NCBI GenBank assembly: GCA_964617845.1
Contig: CAZUAR010000026.1
Span: 106,821 to 152,846 of the forward strand
Source: an uncultured Kofleriaceae bacterium
Lineage (GTDB): Bacteria; Myxococcota_A; Polyangia; Haliangiales; Haliangiaceae
Direction: 5' to 3'
Length of the DNA stretch: 46,026 nucleotides
Position 1 is the first letter of the stretch. Each line of letters begins with the position of its first letter. The notes beneath the pieces were generated by a model, which saw only the letters and a program-made list of their open reading frames with translations, ran no database searches and was not told where the DNA came from. Positions 32,189 through 42,399 of this stretch are shown here, piece by piece. The position numbers and the translations under genes were made by a program.

Positions 32189-33144
32189 GCACCTCCCTTG
32201 GTAGGCGACGCCGGCGGCGTGCGTGCCGCCGACGAGTCCGCGCGCGCACCCCAGTGCAGCTTGTCGCGCATGACATCGAAGAAGGACTTGTCTCCCTGGT
32301 ACATCACGAGTGGCTTCGCGCGCGTGGTGACCTCGACGACGTCACCCGCGAGGAACGAGTGCCCCCACTGCGCGTCGACGGTGATCATCACGCCCCGCAC
32401 GTCCGCGCCGAGCTGCATGCGAATGGTCGCGTCCGCGCCGATCACGAGCGGACGGTTGGTCAGCGCGTGCGCGCAGATCGGCGTGAGCGTCATCGCCGCT
32501 TGATCCATGGAGCGGCCGGGCACGACGATCGGTCCGCCCGCGGCCATGTTGTAGGCGGTGCTCCCCGTGGGCGTGGCGACGAGCAAGCCGTCCGCGCGGT
32601 ACGAGGCGACGAACGCGTCATCGACGAACGCGTCGATCTCGACGATGCGAGCCATCGCGCCCTGGTGGAGCACGGCGTCGTTGAGCGCGTACTTCACGAC
32701 CGGCGCCGCGCCCTGCCGCCGGAACGTGACCGCGAGGCGCATGCGCTTGGTCAGCGGCAGGGTGCCCGCGAGCGCGGCGGCGAGGCCGGCCTTGGCCTCC
32801 GCCGGGGCCCACCCCGCGAGGAACCCGAGCTGCCCGAGGTTGACCCCGAGGACGGGCCGCTCCTGATCGGCCACGAGCCGCGCGGCGCGCAACATCGTGC
32901 CATCACCACCGAGGGCGACTGCGAGATCCACTGCCTCGCCCAGCTCGGACTCCGGGAGGACCTCCGCGCCGGCAGGGGCGATCTGGTCTTCCGCGGTGAC
33001 GACCGGGATATGGCCTTGTTCGCGCAACCATGGGACTAACTGCTCGAGGAGCGCGCCTGCCTCGGTCTTGTCCGGCTTGAGAATGAAACCGACTCTCGAC
33101 ACGCGCCGTTCGTACCACGCCCGCCTGACACTGAACGAATCCAC
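32185..33144 (-). CDS. nadK: NAD(+) kinase
   Basis: 'GGDGTML' ATP-NAD kinase motif, 'NDAVL' and 'DGLLVATPTGSTAYNMAAGGPIV'. Its stop overlaps the recN start (ATGA), the usual nadK-recN arrangement. Confidence 0.85.
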   Translation of the reverse strand: MDSFSVRRAWYERRVSRVGFILKPDKTEAGALLEQLVPWLREQGHIPVVTAEDQIAPAGAEVLPESELGEAVDLAVALGGDGTMLRAARLVADQERPVLGVNLGQLGFLAGWAPAEAKAGLAAALAGTLPLTKRMRLAVTFRRQGAAPVVKYALNDAVLHQGAMARIVEIDAFVDDAFVASYRADGLLVATPTGSTAYNMAAGGPIVVPGRSMDQAAMTLTPICAHALTNRPLVIGADATIRMQLGADVRGVMITVDAQWGHSFLAGDVVEVTTRAKPLVMYQGDKSFFDVMRDKLHWGARADSSAARTPPASPTKGGA

Positions 33145-33168
33145 AGGTCGGCATTACACGTTTGCGGC

Positions 33169-33197
33169 TTGACTACCTTTTCTCGGCCTTGTACACG
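33169..33197 (+). promoter_or_regulatory. Candidate sigma-70-type promoter for rplM-rpsI (TTGACT-N17-TACACG)
   Basis: Good -35 hexamer with 17-bp spacer, but the -10 is weak. It sits 24 bp upstream of the rplM ATG in the nadK/rplM divergent intergenic region. Confidence 0.3.
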
Positions 33198-33220
33198 ATC
33201 CGCCCCTTCCGAGTACTCCC

Positions 33221-33676
33221 ATGAACACGTTGACGACGCAGAAGAGCTCCTGGCTCACCAAAGAAGCCGGCGAGGCACAACGCGAATGGTTCGTGATCGA
33301 TGCGACCGGGCACACGCTCGGCCGCCTCGCCTCGCGGATCGCGCTGGTGCTCCGCGGCAAGCACAAGGCCACGTACACCCCCAACGTCGACATGGGTGAC
33401 TTCGTGATCGTTCTGAACGCGGGTGGCGTGCGCCTCACCGGTACCAAGCCGGACAAGAAGCTGTACCAGCACCACACGCTGTTCCCCGGCGGCATTCGCA
33501 CCCGCCTCGCCAAGGAAGTCCTCGCGGACGATCCCGAGCGCGCGATCCGCGAAGCGGTGTGGGGCATGTTGCCGAAGGGCCCGCTCGGCCGCCGCATCAT
33601 CAAGAAGCTCAAGATCTACAAGACCGCTGAACACGATCACGCCGCGCAGAAGCCGCGCACGCTGACGATCAACTAG
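33221..33676 (+). CDS. rplM: 50S ribosomal protein L13
   Basis: '[27 protein letters not shown]' L13 signature. 151 aa. Confidence 0.95.
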   Translation: MNTLTTQKSSWLTKEAGEAQREWFVIDATGHTLGRLASRIALVLRGKHKATYTPNVDMGDFVIVLNAGGVRLTGTKPDKKLYQHHTLFPGGIRTRLAKEVLADDPERAIREAVWGMLPKGPLGRRIIKKLKIYKTAEHDHAAQKPRTLTIN

Positions 33677-33695
33677 TAGAAGCGCGGAGAACATC

Positions 33696-34088
33696 ATGGC
33701 AACGCAGAAGACCTACGCCACCGGACGCCGCAAGACGGCCATCGCCCGCGTGTGGCTCACCGCCGGCGACGGCAAGATCACGATCAACGACCGCAGCGAC
33801 GAGGACTACTTCTCGCGCCCGACCGCGCGGATGGTCATCCGCCAGGGCCTCGAAGAGGTCTCGCTGCTCGGCCAGTACAACGTCGACGCCACGGTTCGCG
33901 GCGGAGGCATCTCGTCGCAGGCCGGCGCGATCCGCCACGGCATCACGCGCGCCCTCATGAAGATCGACTCGGACCTGCGTCCGAAGCTCAAGGCCGCGGG
34001 CTACGTCACGCGTGACCCGCGCAAGAAGGAGCGCAAGAAGTACGGTCAGAAGGCCGCGCGCGCTCGCTTCCAGTTCAGCAAGCGCTAA
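33696..34088 (+). CDS. rpsI: 30S ribosomal protein S9
   Basis: '[13 protein letters not shown]' and C-terminal '[22 protein letters not shown]' are the S9 signature. It lies 19 bp after rplM. Confidence 0.95.
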   Translation: MATQKTYATGRRKTAIARVWLTAGDGKITINDRSDEDYFSRPTARMVIRQGLEEVSLLGQYNVDATVRGGGISSQAGAIRHGITRALMKIDSDLRPKLKAAGYVTRDPRKKERKKYGQKAARARFQFSKR

Positions 34089-34107
34089 CCGGAACACTGC
34101 TCGCACC

Positions 34108-34140
34108 GACGCCGCGTCCACAGCGCGGCGTTTCGTCGTT
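34108..34140 (+). terminator. Rho-independent terminator after rpsI
   Basis: 8-bp perfect stem ACGCCGCG/CGCGGCGT with a 7-nt loop, followed by TTCGTCGTTT. It starts 20 nt after the rpsI stop. Confidence 0.6.
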
Positions 34141-34200
34141 TCGGCCGTCGTTTCGGTTTCGGCTCGGTTTCGGCCGTCGTTTCGACCGTCGTCTCGGCTC
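34141..34200. repeat. Degenerate short tandem repeats (cgtttcgg / gtttcggcc motifs)
   Basis: 'gtttcggccgtcgtttcggtttcggctcggtttcggccgtcgtttcgaccgtcgtctcgg' lies between convergent rpsI and the kinase gene. Confidence 0.6.
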
Positions 34201-34208
34201 TGGTCGGG

Positions 34209-35777
34209 TCACTTGCACGCGCGCGTGTAGCCGCGCGAGCACGCGGTCTCGCGTAGCTCTGCCGCGCGCGCTCGGTCCGCGGCGTCGCCGTGCTGGAGCA
34301 TGTCGGCCGCGTGGTAGCAGCCCGCGGGGTTCGTCGTGCACTGCCGCTCGTAGAGCTGCAACGCGCGCGCGCGATGCTCGGGCGACTCGGAGCTCAAGTG
34401 CTCCGCGAGGAGCGCGCACGCCGTCCCCGGCTCGAGCTCGCAGCCGCGCTCGAGGAGCTTCACCCACGCTTCGCGCGTGTAGCGCTTGTCGCCGTGGTTC
34501 GCGTTGCGGCGCACCCACTGGCCGGCGAGCACGCACGCGGACGCGTCGCCGAGCGTGCAGCCCTTGGACAGAAACTCGACGGCGACGAAGCGGCGCTCCT
34601 CGTTGCCGTCACTCGCGACGTACAGCTCGCGGCCGTAGAGGCGACACGCGATCGCCTCGTTCGCCTCGCACGCACGCTTGCAGGCATCGCCGCCTTGCTG
34701 CTGGCACGGGTGATTCGCGCGCGCGGACGCGGTCGACGTGCTCGCTCGGGTCGTGTCCGGTGTGCGCGTGGCGATCACGATGATCGTCACCGCGATCGCG
34801 ATCGCGAGCCCCACGGCGACGCTCGCGACGAACAGCGGGCGCCGCGCGCGCGACGGCCGCTCGAGCGCGGTCGGCTTCTCGACGCGCTCGGGGACCCACG
34901 ACGGGCGCTGCGCGAGCAAGTTCGACTCGCGGTTCGCGAGGTGTCGCTCGATCGCGCGCAGCTCGGCCTCGACCTGGCTCGCCTGCGCGGTGCGGCGCTC
35001 GGGCTCCTTCTCGAGCAGCGCCATGATCAGCGCGTCGAGGCGCACGGGCACCTCGTCGCGCAGCGAGCGCGCGGGCGGTGGATCGCGGAGCAGCAGCTGC
35101 GCGAGCACCTCCATGGTCTGCTTGCCCTCGAACGGCGGACGCCCCGTGCAGCACTCGTAGAGCAGCGCGCCGAGCCCGAACACGTCCATCGCGGCGGCGG
35201 GCGTGGCTGTGCCCATCGCTTGCTCGGGTGCCATGTAGCCCGGCGTGCCGATCAGCTGGCCGGTCTCGGTCAGCCCGTGCGTGACCGCGGTGTCCTTCGC
35301 GATGCCGAAGTCGATCAGCGTCGCGCGCGCGGGCTGGGAGTCGACGAGCATCACGTTGCTCGGCTTGACGTCGCGATGGACGATCGAGTGCGCGTGTGCG
35401 TGGGCGAGCGCGCCCGCGATGCGGATGCCGATCGCGAGCGTGTCCGCGATCGACAGCGGACCGCGGACGAGGCGCGTCGCGAGAGACTCGCCGTCGAGCC
35501 ACGCCATCGCGAGGTACGCCTCGCCCGAGCGTGTGACGCCGTGGCCGACGTACGCGACGATCGCGGGGTGGTCCATGCGCTCGAGCGTCTCGGCCTCGAG
35601 CGTGAACCGCGCCTCGACGCCCGGATCGCGCAGCACCTTGAGCGCGACGTGCGCGCCCGACTCGCGATCGATCGCGCGGTGCACGCGGCCCATGCCGCCC
35701 TCGCCGACCTTGTCGCCCACGTCGAAGCGCCGGGCGAACGTGTCGTCCGCAAGCACCGCCCGCAGGCCGTCGGCCAC
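34209..35777 (-). CDS. Ser/Thr protein kinase with TM segment and extracytoplasmic Cys-containing Sel1/TPR-like repeats
   Basis: Kinase motifs 'GEGGMGRVHRA', 'VALKVL', 'HRDVKPSNVML', 'DFG' and 'GTPGYMAPEQ'. TM 'LFVASVAVGLAIAIAVTIIVIA'. C-terminal repeats are of 'AC..L...Y..G' type. The start is uncertain: there is no in-frame ATG upstream of the G-loop, so I chose GTG at 35777. Upstream of that the ORF is antisense to the divergent sigma gene. Confidence 0.65.
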   Translation of the reverse strand: MADGLRAVLADDTFARRFDVGDKVGEGGMGRVHRAIDRESGAHVALKVLRDPGVEARFTLEAETLERMDHPAIVAYVGHGVTRSGEAYLAMAWLDGESLATRLVRGPLSIADTLAIGIRIAGALAHAHAHSIVHRDVKPSNVMLVDSQPARATLIDFGIAKDTAVTHGLTETGQLIGTPGYMAPEQAMGTATPAAAMDVFGLGALLYECCTGRPPFEGKQTMEVLAQLLLRDPPPARSLRDEVPVRLDALIMALLEKEPERRTAQASQVEAELRAIERHLANRESNLLAQRPSWVPERVEKPTALERPSRARRPLFVASVAVGLAIAIAVTIIVIATRTPDTTRASTSTASARANHPCQQQGGDACKRACEANEAIACRLYGRELYVASDGNEERRFVAVEFLSKGCTLGDASACVLAGQWVRRNANHGDKRYTREAWVKLLERGCELEPGTACALLAEHLSSESPEHRARALQLYERQCTTNPAGCYHAADMLQHGDAADRARAAELRETACSRGYTRACK

Positions 35778-35855
35778 CGCATCCGTGCGCAACTGCGCGA
35801 TCGTAGCACCGCCGATCTCCCGAAACGACCGCAACGAACCTGCGTAGGGGTGACC

Positions 35856-36617
35856 ATGGCTCTTCGATGGCGCATGGCGTCTGCGACCGCTGTTAACGTG
35901 GCGGCCGCGATCCCGATGACCCAGTTCCCGCCCACGATCCCCTCGGCCGTCCGCGACCTCGCGAGCTCGGATCGCGCGTCCCGCGAGCGCAGCATGAACA
36001 CGATCGCGTCCGTGTACTGGACGCCGATCTACAAGTACCTGCGCGTCCGCCACGGCAAGCCACCGGCCGAAGCAGAGGACATCCTCCAGAGCTTCTTCGC
36101 GCGCGTCGTCGAGGGCAGCGCGCTGCAGGGCCACGATCCGGCGCGCGCTCGCTTCCGAACGTTCTTGCGCCGCTCGGTCGATCACCACGTCATCGATATC
36201 TATCGCCGCCAGACCGCGGCGCGGCGCGGTGGTGCGCTCCCCAAGGTGGACGTCACCGACGCCGAGAACGAGCTCGCGACGCCACCAGTGCCCGAGGAGG
36301 TGTTCGATCGCGAGTGGCTCGCTCGCGTCGTGGCCCTCGCGGTCGAGCGCACGCTCGAGGCGCTCGCGCGCCGCGACAAGCCGGTGCACGCGGAGCTGTT
36401 CCGCCGGTTCCACCTCGCCGACGACGATCCGCCCGCCTATGCGCAGGTCGCGGCCGAGCTCGGCATCACGCCCGTCGACGTGACCAACTGGCTGCACGTC
36501 GCTCGGCGCGAGTTCCGCCGCGTCGCGCTCGCCCTGCTCCGCGAGCTGACCGCGACGCACGAGGAGTTCGTCGAGGAAGCGCGCGAGGTGTTCGGCATCA
36601 CCGTCGATGAAAGATGA
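35856..36617 (+). CDS. ECF-type sigma-70 family factor
   Basis: Region 2 'AEDILQSFFARVVEGSALQGHDPARARFRTFLRRSVDHHVIDIYRRQ'. Region 4 'YAQVAAELGITPVDVTNWLHVARREFRR'. ATG 35856 sits in the divergent intergenic region with the kinase gene. Confidence 0.7.
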   Translation: MALRWRMASATAVNVAAAIPMTQFPPTIPSAVRDLASSDRASRERSMNTIASVYWTPIYKYLRVRHGKPPAEAEDILQSFFARVVEGSALQGHDPARARFRTFLRRSVDHHVIDIYRRQTAARRGGALPKVDVTDAENELATPPVPEEVFDREWLARVVALAVERTLEALARRDKPVHAELFRRFHLADDDPPAYAQVAAELGITPVDVTNWLHVARREFRRVALALLRELTATHEEFVEEAREVFGITVDER

Positions 36618-36653
36618 TCGGTCACGTTTTCCGGGTGCGGTTTCTACATCCGC

Positions 36654-37439
36654 ATGCGTATCCCAACCTGGTTCGTGATCCCGTCCCTGCTCTTTGTCGT
36701 CGCGAGGACCGCTGATGCCGAGTGCTTGAAGTGGCACAGCAATATCTCGATGTGCGACACGAACCCTGCGCTGTGCGAGTCAGGGGCGCCGCCGCCCACG
36801 CATGGGCAGGAAGTCTTCTACTACGCGAGAGCGCTCACGGACACGCCGCAGGAGGCGTGCAAGAACCACAGAAAGTTCACGCTCGGCCTGGCCGACCCGG
36901 GAACAATCACCACGCAGCAATTCACAGCGAACGACGGCACGCCCGGAGTCTATTGCTATGCGGACGGCCAGTACTTCACCGCCCTCTGGTACCTGCCGTG
37001 GCCGCGCGAAGCAATGTGCGAGCGAACGCCGAACGGACCGTATCGAGACCTCGGGACCAGGGGCGTCGACGGCGGCCGCTTCACGGACGGTCAGAAGAAC
37101 GCGATCAAACAGGTCTGCCGCAAGGACAAGTTCGGGAACATGCGTTCCGATGCCGGTCCTGCGCGTCCCCCCGCGATCCTCAACGAGCAACACGACGTTC
37201 TCTCCAACAACGCGACGACATGGGCATGGCAGGACGACCTCTACATCCCGTACATCTGGGCCCCAGATGGCGCGAACGTCGACCACATCATCCCGCGCAA
37301 GGACAAGTACGGTTGCGGCTGCGGCCCGAACTCGTACGCGAACATGTTGATCGTTTCGTGGCAGGTGAACAACGCGATGAGCAACGACTCGGATAATCCT
37401 TCACGGCAGCAGATCCTGCAGCGGTGGACACTTCCTTGA
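36654..37439 (+). CDS. Secreted Cys-rich protein with C-terminal HNH/beta-beta-alpha-Me-like nuclease motif; atypically low GC
   Basis: Signal peptide 'MRIPTWFVIPSLLFVVARTADA'. Twelve Cys. C-terminal 'VDHIIPRKDKYGCGCGPNSYANMLIVSWQVNNAMSN' fits D-H-x2-P...N-[LM]-x7-N. GC is about 60% against about 72% in the flanks, and rare codons AGA, ACA, GGA and AAT are used. Confidence 0.55.
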   Translation: MRIPTWFVIPSLLFVVARTADAECLKWHSNISMCDTNPALCESGAPPPTHGQEVFYYARALTDTPQEACKNHRKFTLGLADPGTITTQQFTANDGTPGVYCYADGQYFTALWYLPWPREAMCERTPNGPYRDLGTRGVDGGRFTDGQKNAIKQVCRKDKFGNMRSDAGPARPPAILNEQHDVLSNNATTWAWQDDLYIPYIWAPDGANVDHIIPRKDKYGCGCGPNSYANMLIVSWQVNNAMSNDSDNPSRQQILQRWTLP

Positions 37440-37502
37440 ACGAGAGGTCAAAAGCCACGCGGGCCGACTGCGTACGAGATCACGAACCAGCCAGGAGTGT
37501 TC

Positions 37503-38309
37503 ATGCGTCTCGTCCTCTGCGCGGCCCTCGCCAGCGCCGTGTTTGCCCCCGCCCTCGCGCGCGCCGATCAGTGCGCCATCAACGACCAGGCGATCGCCGA
37601 CAAAGCGGTCGAGCTGGCGAAGAAGAGCACCGCGATGCTCGAGCTGTGCGAGCCGTGCGGCGAGAAGCAGCCGCACGGGCCGTATCCGATCGGCACCGTC
37701 GACGGCGCGAACGGACGCGTGACGTTCGACGGCGCGCTGCGCGACCTCGCGTACACGTACATCCTCGTCGGCAAGAACACGTATCAGAACCTCGGGCTGC
37801 TCGCGGGCTGCAGCGCCGCGCGCGTCTCGAAGGAGCTGATCGATACGCGACCGGTGCGCTCGCGCCCCGTGCGCCCGTCGTCGAACCAGGGCGGGCTCGG
37901 GCGGCCCGGTCCACCGCCGCGCCCGCCGATCTCTCGCACGCGCGTCACCAAGCCCGAGGATCTCGCGGGCACGTGGACCGTGACCGTGCGGCCGAGCCTG
38001 TCGACGTGCAAGGCGCCCGCGAAGACCCACACGGAGACCTGGGTCATCACCGTCGACAACGGCGCGGACATCGTCGTCAACCAGGGCACCGGCGCCGATG
38101 ACTTCGTCGGCACGCAGAGCACGCTGGAGCGGGGCCAGTTCCAGCCGAAGCTCTCGACGAAGAACCGCCCGAGCGCCAACGTCCTCCAGATCACGCAATC
38201 GATGAAGGACCTGTTCTGGGGAAAGATCGCGCGCGCCGAGTCGACGGGCATCAAGGGCGATCCGGCCTGTCTGACCGCCGTCGACGTGTCGGGTACCCGC
38301 GTCCCATGA
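37503..38309 (+). CDS. Secreted hypothetical protein with Pro-rich linker
   Basis: ATG 37503 with AGGAG 5 nt upstream. Signal peptide 'MRLVLCAALASAVFAPALARA'. Normal high-GC codon usage. No recognisable domain. Confidence 0.55.
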   Translation: MRLVLCAALASAVFAPALARADQCAINDQAIADKAVELAKKSTAMLELCEPCGEKQPHGPYPIGTVDGANGRVTFDGALRDLAYTYILVGKNTYQNLGLLAGCSAARVSKELIDTRPVRSRPVRPSSNQGGLGRPGPPPRPPISRTRVTKPEDLAGTWTVTVRPSLSTCKAPAKTHTETWVITVDNGADIVVNQGTGADDFVGTQSTLERGQFQPKLSTKNRPSANVLQITQSMKDLFWGKIARAESTGIKGDPACLTAVDVSGTRVP

Positions 38310-38388
38310 CCTTGTTGCGCAACTTGTACCGGCGCGGTGCTGTCGTCGTGAAATCGCACCAGCGCGCGTTTTGGTGCACGCTAGGGCC

Positions 38389-38760
38389 ATGCCGCTGACC
38401 AACGCCAAGCCGGTCGCGTTCATCGCGACCACGAAGCCCGCCGAGGCCACCACGTTCTACCGCGACGTGCTCGGCCTCAGGCTCGTCGAGGAGACCGGGT
38501 TCGCGCTCGTGTTCGACGCGTTCGGCATCATGCTGCGCGTGCAGAAGGCGCCCGAGGTCCACCCGCCGACGTACACCGCGTTCGGCTTCGAGGTGAAGGA
38601 CCTCGACGCCAACGTGAAGGCGCTGATCGCGAAGGGCGTGTCGATCCTCAAGCCCGAGGGCATGGATCTCGACCCGAACGGCGTGTGGACGGCGCCGACC
38701 GGCACGCGCGTGTTCTGGTTCTACGACCCCGAAGGCCACGTCCTCTCGCTCTCGCAGTAG
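38389..38760 (+). CDS. VOC family protein (glyoxalase/bleomycin-resistance/dioxygenase fold)
   Basis: 'FYRDVLGLRLVEE', 'GFALVFDAFGIMLRVQKAPEV' and the 'FWFYDPEGHVLSLSQ' C-terminus are typical VOC beta-alpha-beta-beta-beta modules. Confidence 0.75.
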   Translation: MPLTNAKPVAFIATTKPAEATTFYRDVLGLRLVEETGFALVFDAFGIMLRVQKAPEVHPPTYTAFGFEVKDLDANVKALIAKGVSILKPEGMDLDPNGVWTAPTGTRVFWFYDPEGHVLSLSQ

Positions 38761-38768
38761 GCTGTGGC

Positions 38769-40184
38769 GTGCGCTTTCGCGCGCCGATCCTGGTCAAGCT
38801 GCTCGTCGCGCTGGTGCTGCCGGCGCTGGTGCTGTTCACCGTGTTCGCGTTCGTCGCGTACGAGGTGAGCCGCCGCGATCTCGACGAGGAGGTCGGTCGC
38901 CGCCTCGAGGCGATCGCCGCGAGCGCATCGACGACCGTGCGAGGCAAGTACGTCGAGGAGCTCGCGCCCGGCGACGAGGGCGAGCGCGCGCATCAGAACT
39001 ACGTCAACAAGCTGAAGGTGCTCGAGCTCGCGACGGGCGCGCACCTCTACATGTTCGACAAGTCGTTCAACAGCCGGCTCGACACCGACCCCACGATCCC
39101 GATCGGCACGCACTACTATCACGTCGAGCTCGATCGCACCGAGCTCGCGCGCGTGTTCGACAAGGGCGAGACCGTCGCGTCGGTCACGTTCGAAGGCAAC
39201 GACGGCAAGACGTACAAGGCCGGCTACGCACCCGTCCGCGCCGAGCTCGACGGTGGACCGATCGTCCTCGCGATCGCGGCGCAGGCGCCGGCTCGCTACT
39301 TCGACCGCCTCGCGGATCTGCGTGGCCGCCTGTTTCTGTGGGGCGGCGGCCTGTTGCTCGTCAGCATCGCAGCCGCCGTCATCGCGAGCCTCCTCGTCAC
39401 GCGCAACGTGCGGCGCCTGGCGAGCGCGGCCGAGCGCATCGGCGCCGGCGATCTGCGCGAGCCGGTCAAGGCGCACTCGCACGACGAGCTCGGCGTGCTC
39501 GCGCAGACCATGGACCGCATGCGCGGCCAGCTCGCCGAGCGCGACGCGCGCATGCAGCAGATGCTCGCCGGCATCGCGCACGAGGTGCGCAACCCGCTCG
39601 CGGGCATGACGCTGTTCGCCGGCATCCTGCAGGACGAGCTGCCCGAGGGCGACGAGCGCCGCGGCCACGTCGACCGCATCCGCAAGGAGCTCGGCTACCT
39701 CGAGCGCGTGGTCAACGAGTTCCTCGAGTTCGCGCGCCGCCCGCGCCCCGAGCTCGCGCCGGTCCCGATGCGCGAGCTACTCGAGGAGATCGCGCAGCTC
39801 GCGAGCACGGAGAAGGTGCGCGTCGCCGTCACGCTTCTCGAGGACGTCACCGCGAACGCGGACCGCGCCCAGCTCCGGCGCGCGGTCTTGAACCTCGCGC
39901 GCAACGCGGTACAGGCGGCGATCGCCGCGGATCAGGAGGGCGAGGTGGTGCGGCTCTCCGCGCGCACCGAGGGAGACTCGCTCGCGATCGCGGTGTGGAA
40001 CCGCGGCAAGGAAATCTCGCCGGAGACCTCCGGCAAGCTGTTCGAGCCGTTCTACACGACGCGCGAGAAGGGCACGGGCCTCGGCCTCGCCTTCGTGCGC
40101 GAGATCGCGCTCGACCACGGCGGCCGCATCGACGTCACGAGCGCCGAGGGCGAGACCACGTTCACCATCGTGATCCCGGCGTAG
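38769..40184 (+). CDS. Sensor histidine kinase (TM, periplasmic sensor domain, TM, HAMP, HisKA, HATPase_c)
   Basis: GTG 38769 lies 8 nt after the VOC stop. H-box 'AGIAHEVRNPLAG'. N-box 'LNLARNAVQA'. G-boxes 'TREKGTGLGLAFVREI' and 'GETTFTI'. Two TM segments flank a periplasmic domain of about 150 aa. Confidence 0.8.
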   Translation: MRFRAPILVKLLVALVLPALVLFTVFAFVAYEVSRRDLDEEVGRRLEAIAASASTTVRGKYVEELAPGDEGERAHQNYVNKLKVLELATGAHLYMFDKSFNSRLDTDPTIPIGTHYYHVELDRTELARVFDKGETVASVTFEGNDGKTYKAGYAPVRAELDGGPIVLAIAAQAPARYFDRLADLRGRLFLWGGGLLLVSIAAAVIASLLVTRNVRRLASAAERIGAGDLREPVKAHSHDELGVLAQTMDRMRGQLAERDARMQQMLAGIAHEVRNPLAGMTLFAGILQDELPEGDERRGHVDRIRKELGYLERVVNEFLEFARRPRPELAPVPMRELLEEIAQLASTEKVRVAVTLLEDVTANADRAQLRRAVLNLARNAVQAAIAADQEGEVVRLSARTEGDSLAIAVWNRGKEISPETSGKLFEPFYTTREKGTGLGLAFVREIALDHGGRIDVTSAEGETTFTIVIPA

Positions 40185-40202
40185 CCGTTTAGTGATAGGA
40201 AC

Positions 40203-41579
<1,377 letters not shown>

Positions 41580-41580
41580 C

Positions 41581-41690
41581 GCGACCGAGCGCGACCGAGC
41601 GCGACCGAGCGCGACCGAGGACGACCGCGGGACCGAGGACGACCGCGGGACCGAGGACGATCGAGGGCGACCGGGGACGATCGAGCGCTG
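41581..41690. repeat. Nested short tandem repeats: (gcgaccgagc)x4, (acgaccgcgggaccgagg)x2, (acgatcgag)x2
   Basis: Read directly after the response-regulator stop. The region is non-coding by composition. Confidence 0.8.
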
Positions 41691-41781
41691 GCGTCACAGT
41701 TCTTCACGTTGCTCCTCGGGCAACGGTGAGTTCGACGCGAGCCGGGTACCGAATCAGCGATGCGAGCGGTACTGAGTCCGC

Positions 41782-42399
41782 ATGCCGGACTACACGCTCT
41801 ACTTCTCGCCGAGCGCGTGCTCGCTCTCGCCCCACATCGTGCTCGCGGAGGTCGGCGCGAGCTACGCGGTCGAGCGTGTGGACCTGAAGAACAAGAAGCT
41901 GGCGAACGGCGGTGATTGGCTCGCGATCAACCCCAAGGGGTACGTCCCTGCCCTCGTGATCCCGTCGGGCGACATCATCACTGAGGGCGCGGTGATCGTG
42001 CGCTACCTCGCCGACCAGTTCCCGGATGCGAAGCTCGCGCCGCCCAACGGCACGCTCGAGCGCGTGCGCCTCGACGAGTGGCTGCACTTCATCGCGACCG
42101 AGATCCACAAGGGCATGAGCCCGCTCTACAAGACGATCGCCGGCGATGACTTCAAGAAGAACCTGCGCGAGGTCGTGCTCCCCGCGCGTTTCGCGACGCT
42201 CGCCGCCGCCGTGAAGCCATACCTCCTCGGCGCGCAGTTCACCGTCGCGGACGCGTACGCCTTCTACGTGCTGCGCTCGTGGATCCACCACCAGAAGCAA
42301 ACCCTCGACGCGTGGCCCACACTCGTCGAGTACTACCAGCGACTCGCGCAGCGCCCGTCCGTCCAGAAGGCGCTCGCCGAGGAGGGAATCTCCGCATGA
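41782..42399 (+). CDS. Glutathione S-transferase
   Basis: The N-terminal thioredoxin-like domain has 'LYFSPSACSLSPHIVLAEVG' (active-site Ser/Cys region). The C-terminal helical domain has 'AYAFYVLRSW'. 205 aa. Confidence 0.85.
   Translation: MPDYTLYFSPSACSLSPHIVLAEVGASYAVERVDLKNKKLANGGDWLAINPKGYVPALVIPSGDIITEGAVIVRYLADQFPDAKLAPPNGTLERVRLDEWLHFIATEIHKGMSPLYKTIAGDDFKKNLREVVLPARFATLAAAVKPYLLGAQFTVADAYAFYVLRSWIHHQKQTLDAWPTLVEYYQRLAQRPSVQKALAEEGISA

Noticed and set aside
34290-35855. Upstream part of the 775-aa plus-strand ORF ending in the sigma factor
   Set aside because: Arg-rich and antisense to the kinase gene. The sigma factor starts at ATG 35856.
36722-37396. 224-aa and 182-aa alternative-frame ORFs inside the low-GC gene
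   Set aside because: Arg-rich out-of-frame translations. The 36654 frame has a signal peptide and coherent Cys spacing.
41700-41781. Possible sigma-54 promoter upstream of GST ('TGGCGT...TTGCT')
   Set aside because: The GG-to-GC spacing is ~19 nt rather than the required 10, so it does not fit the -24/-12 consensus.
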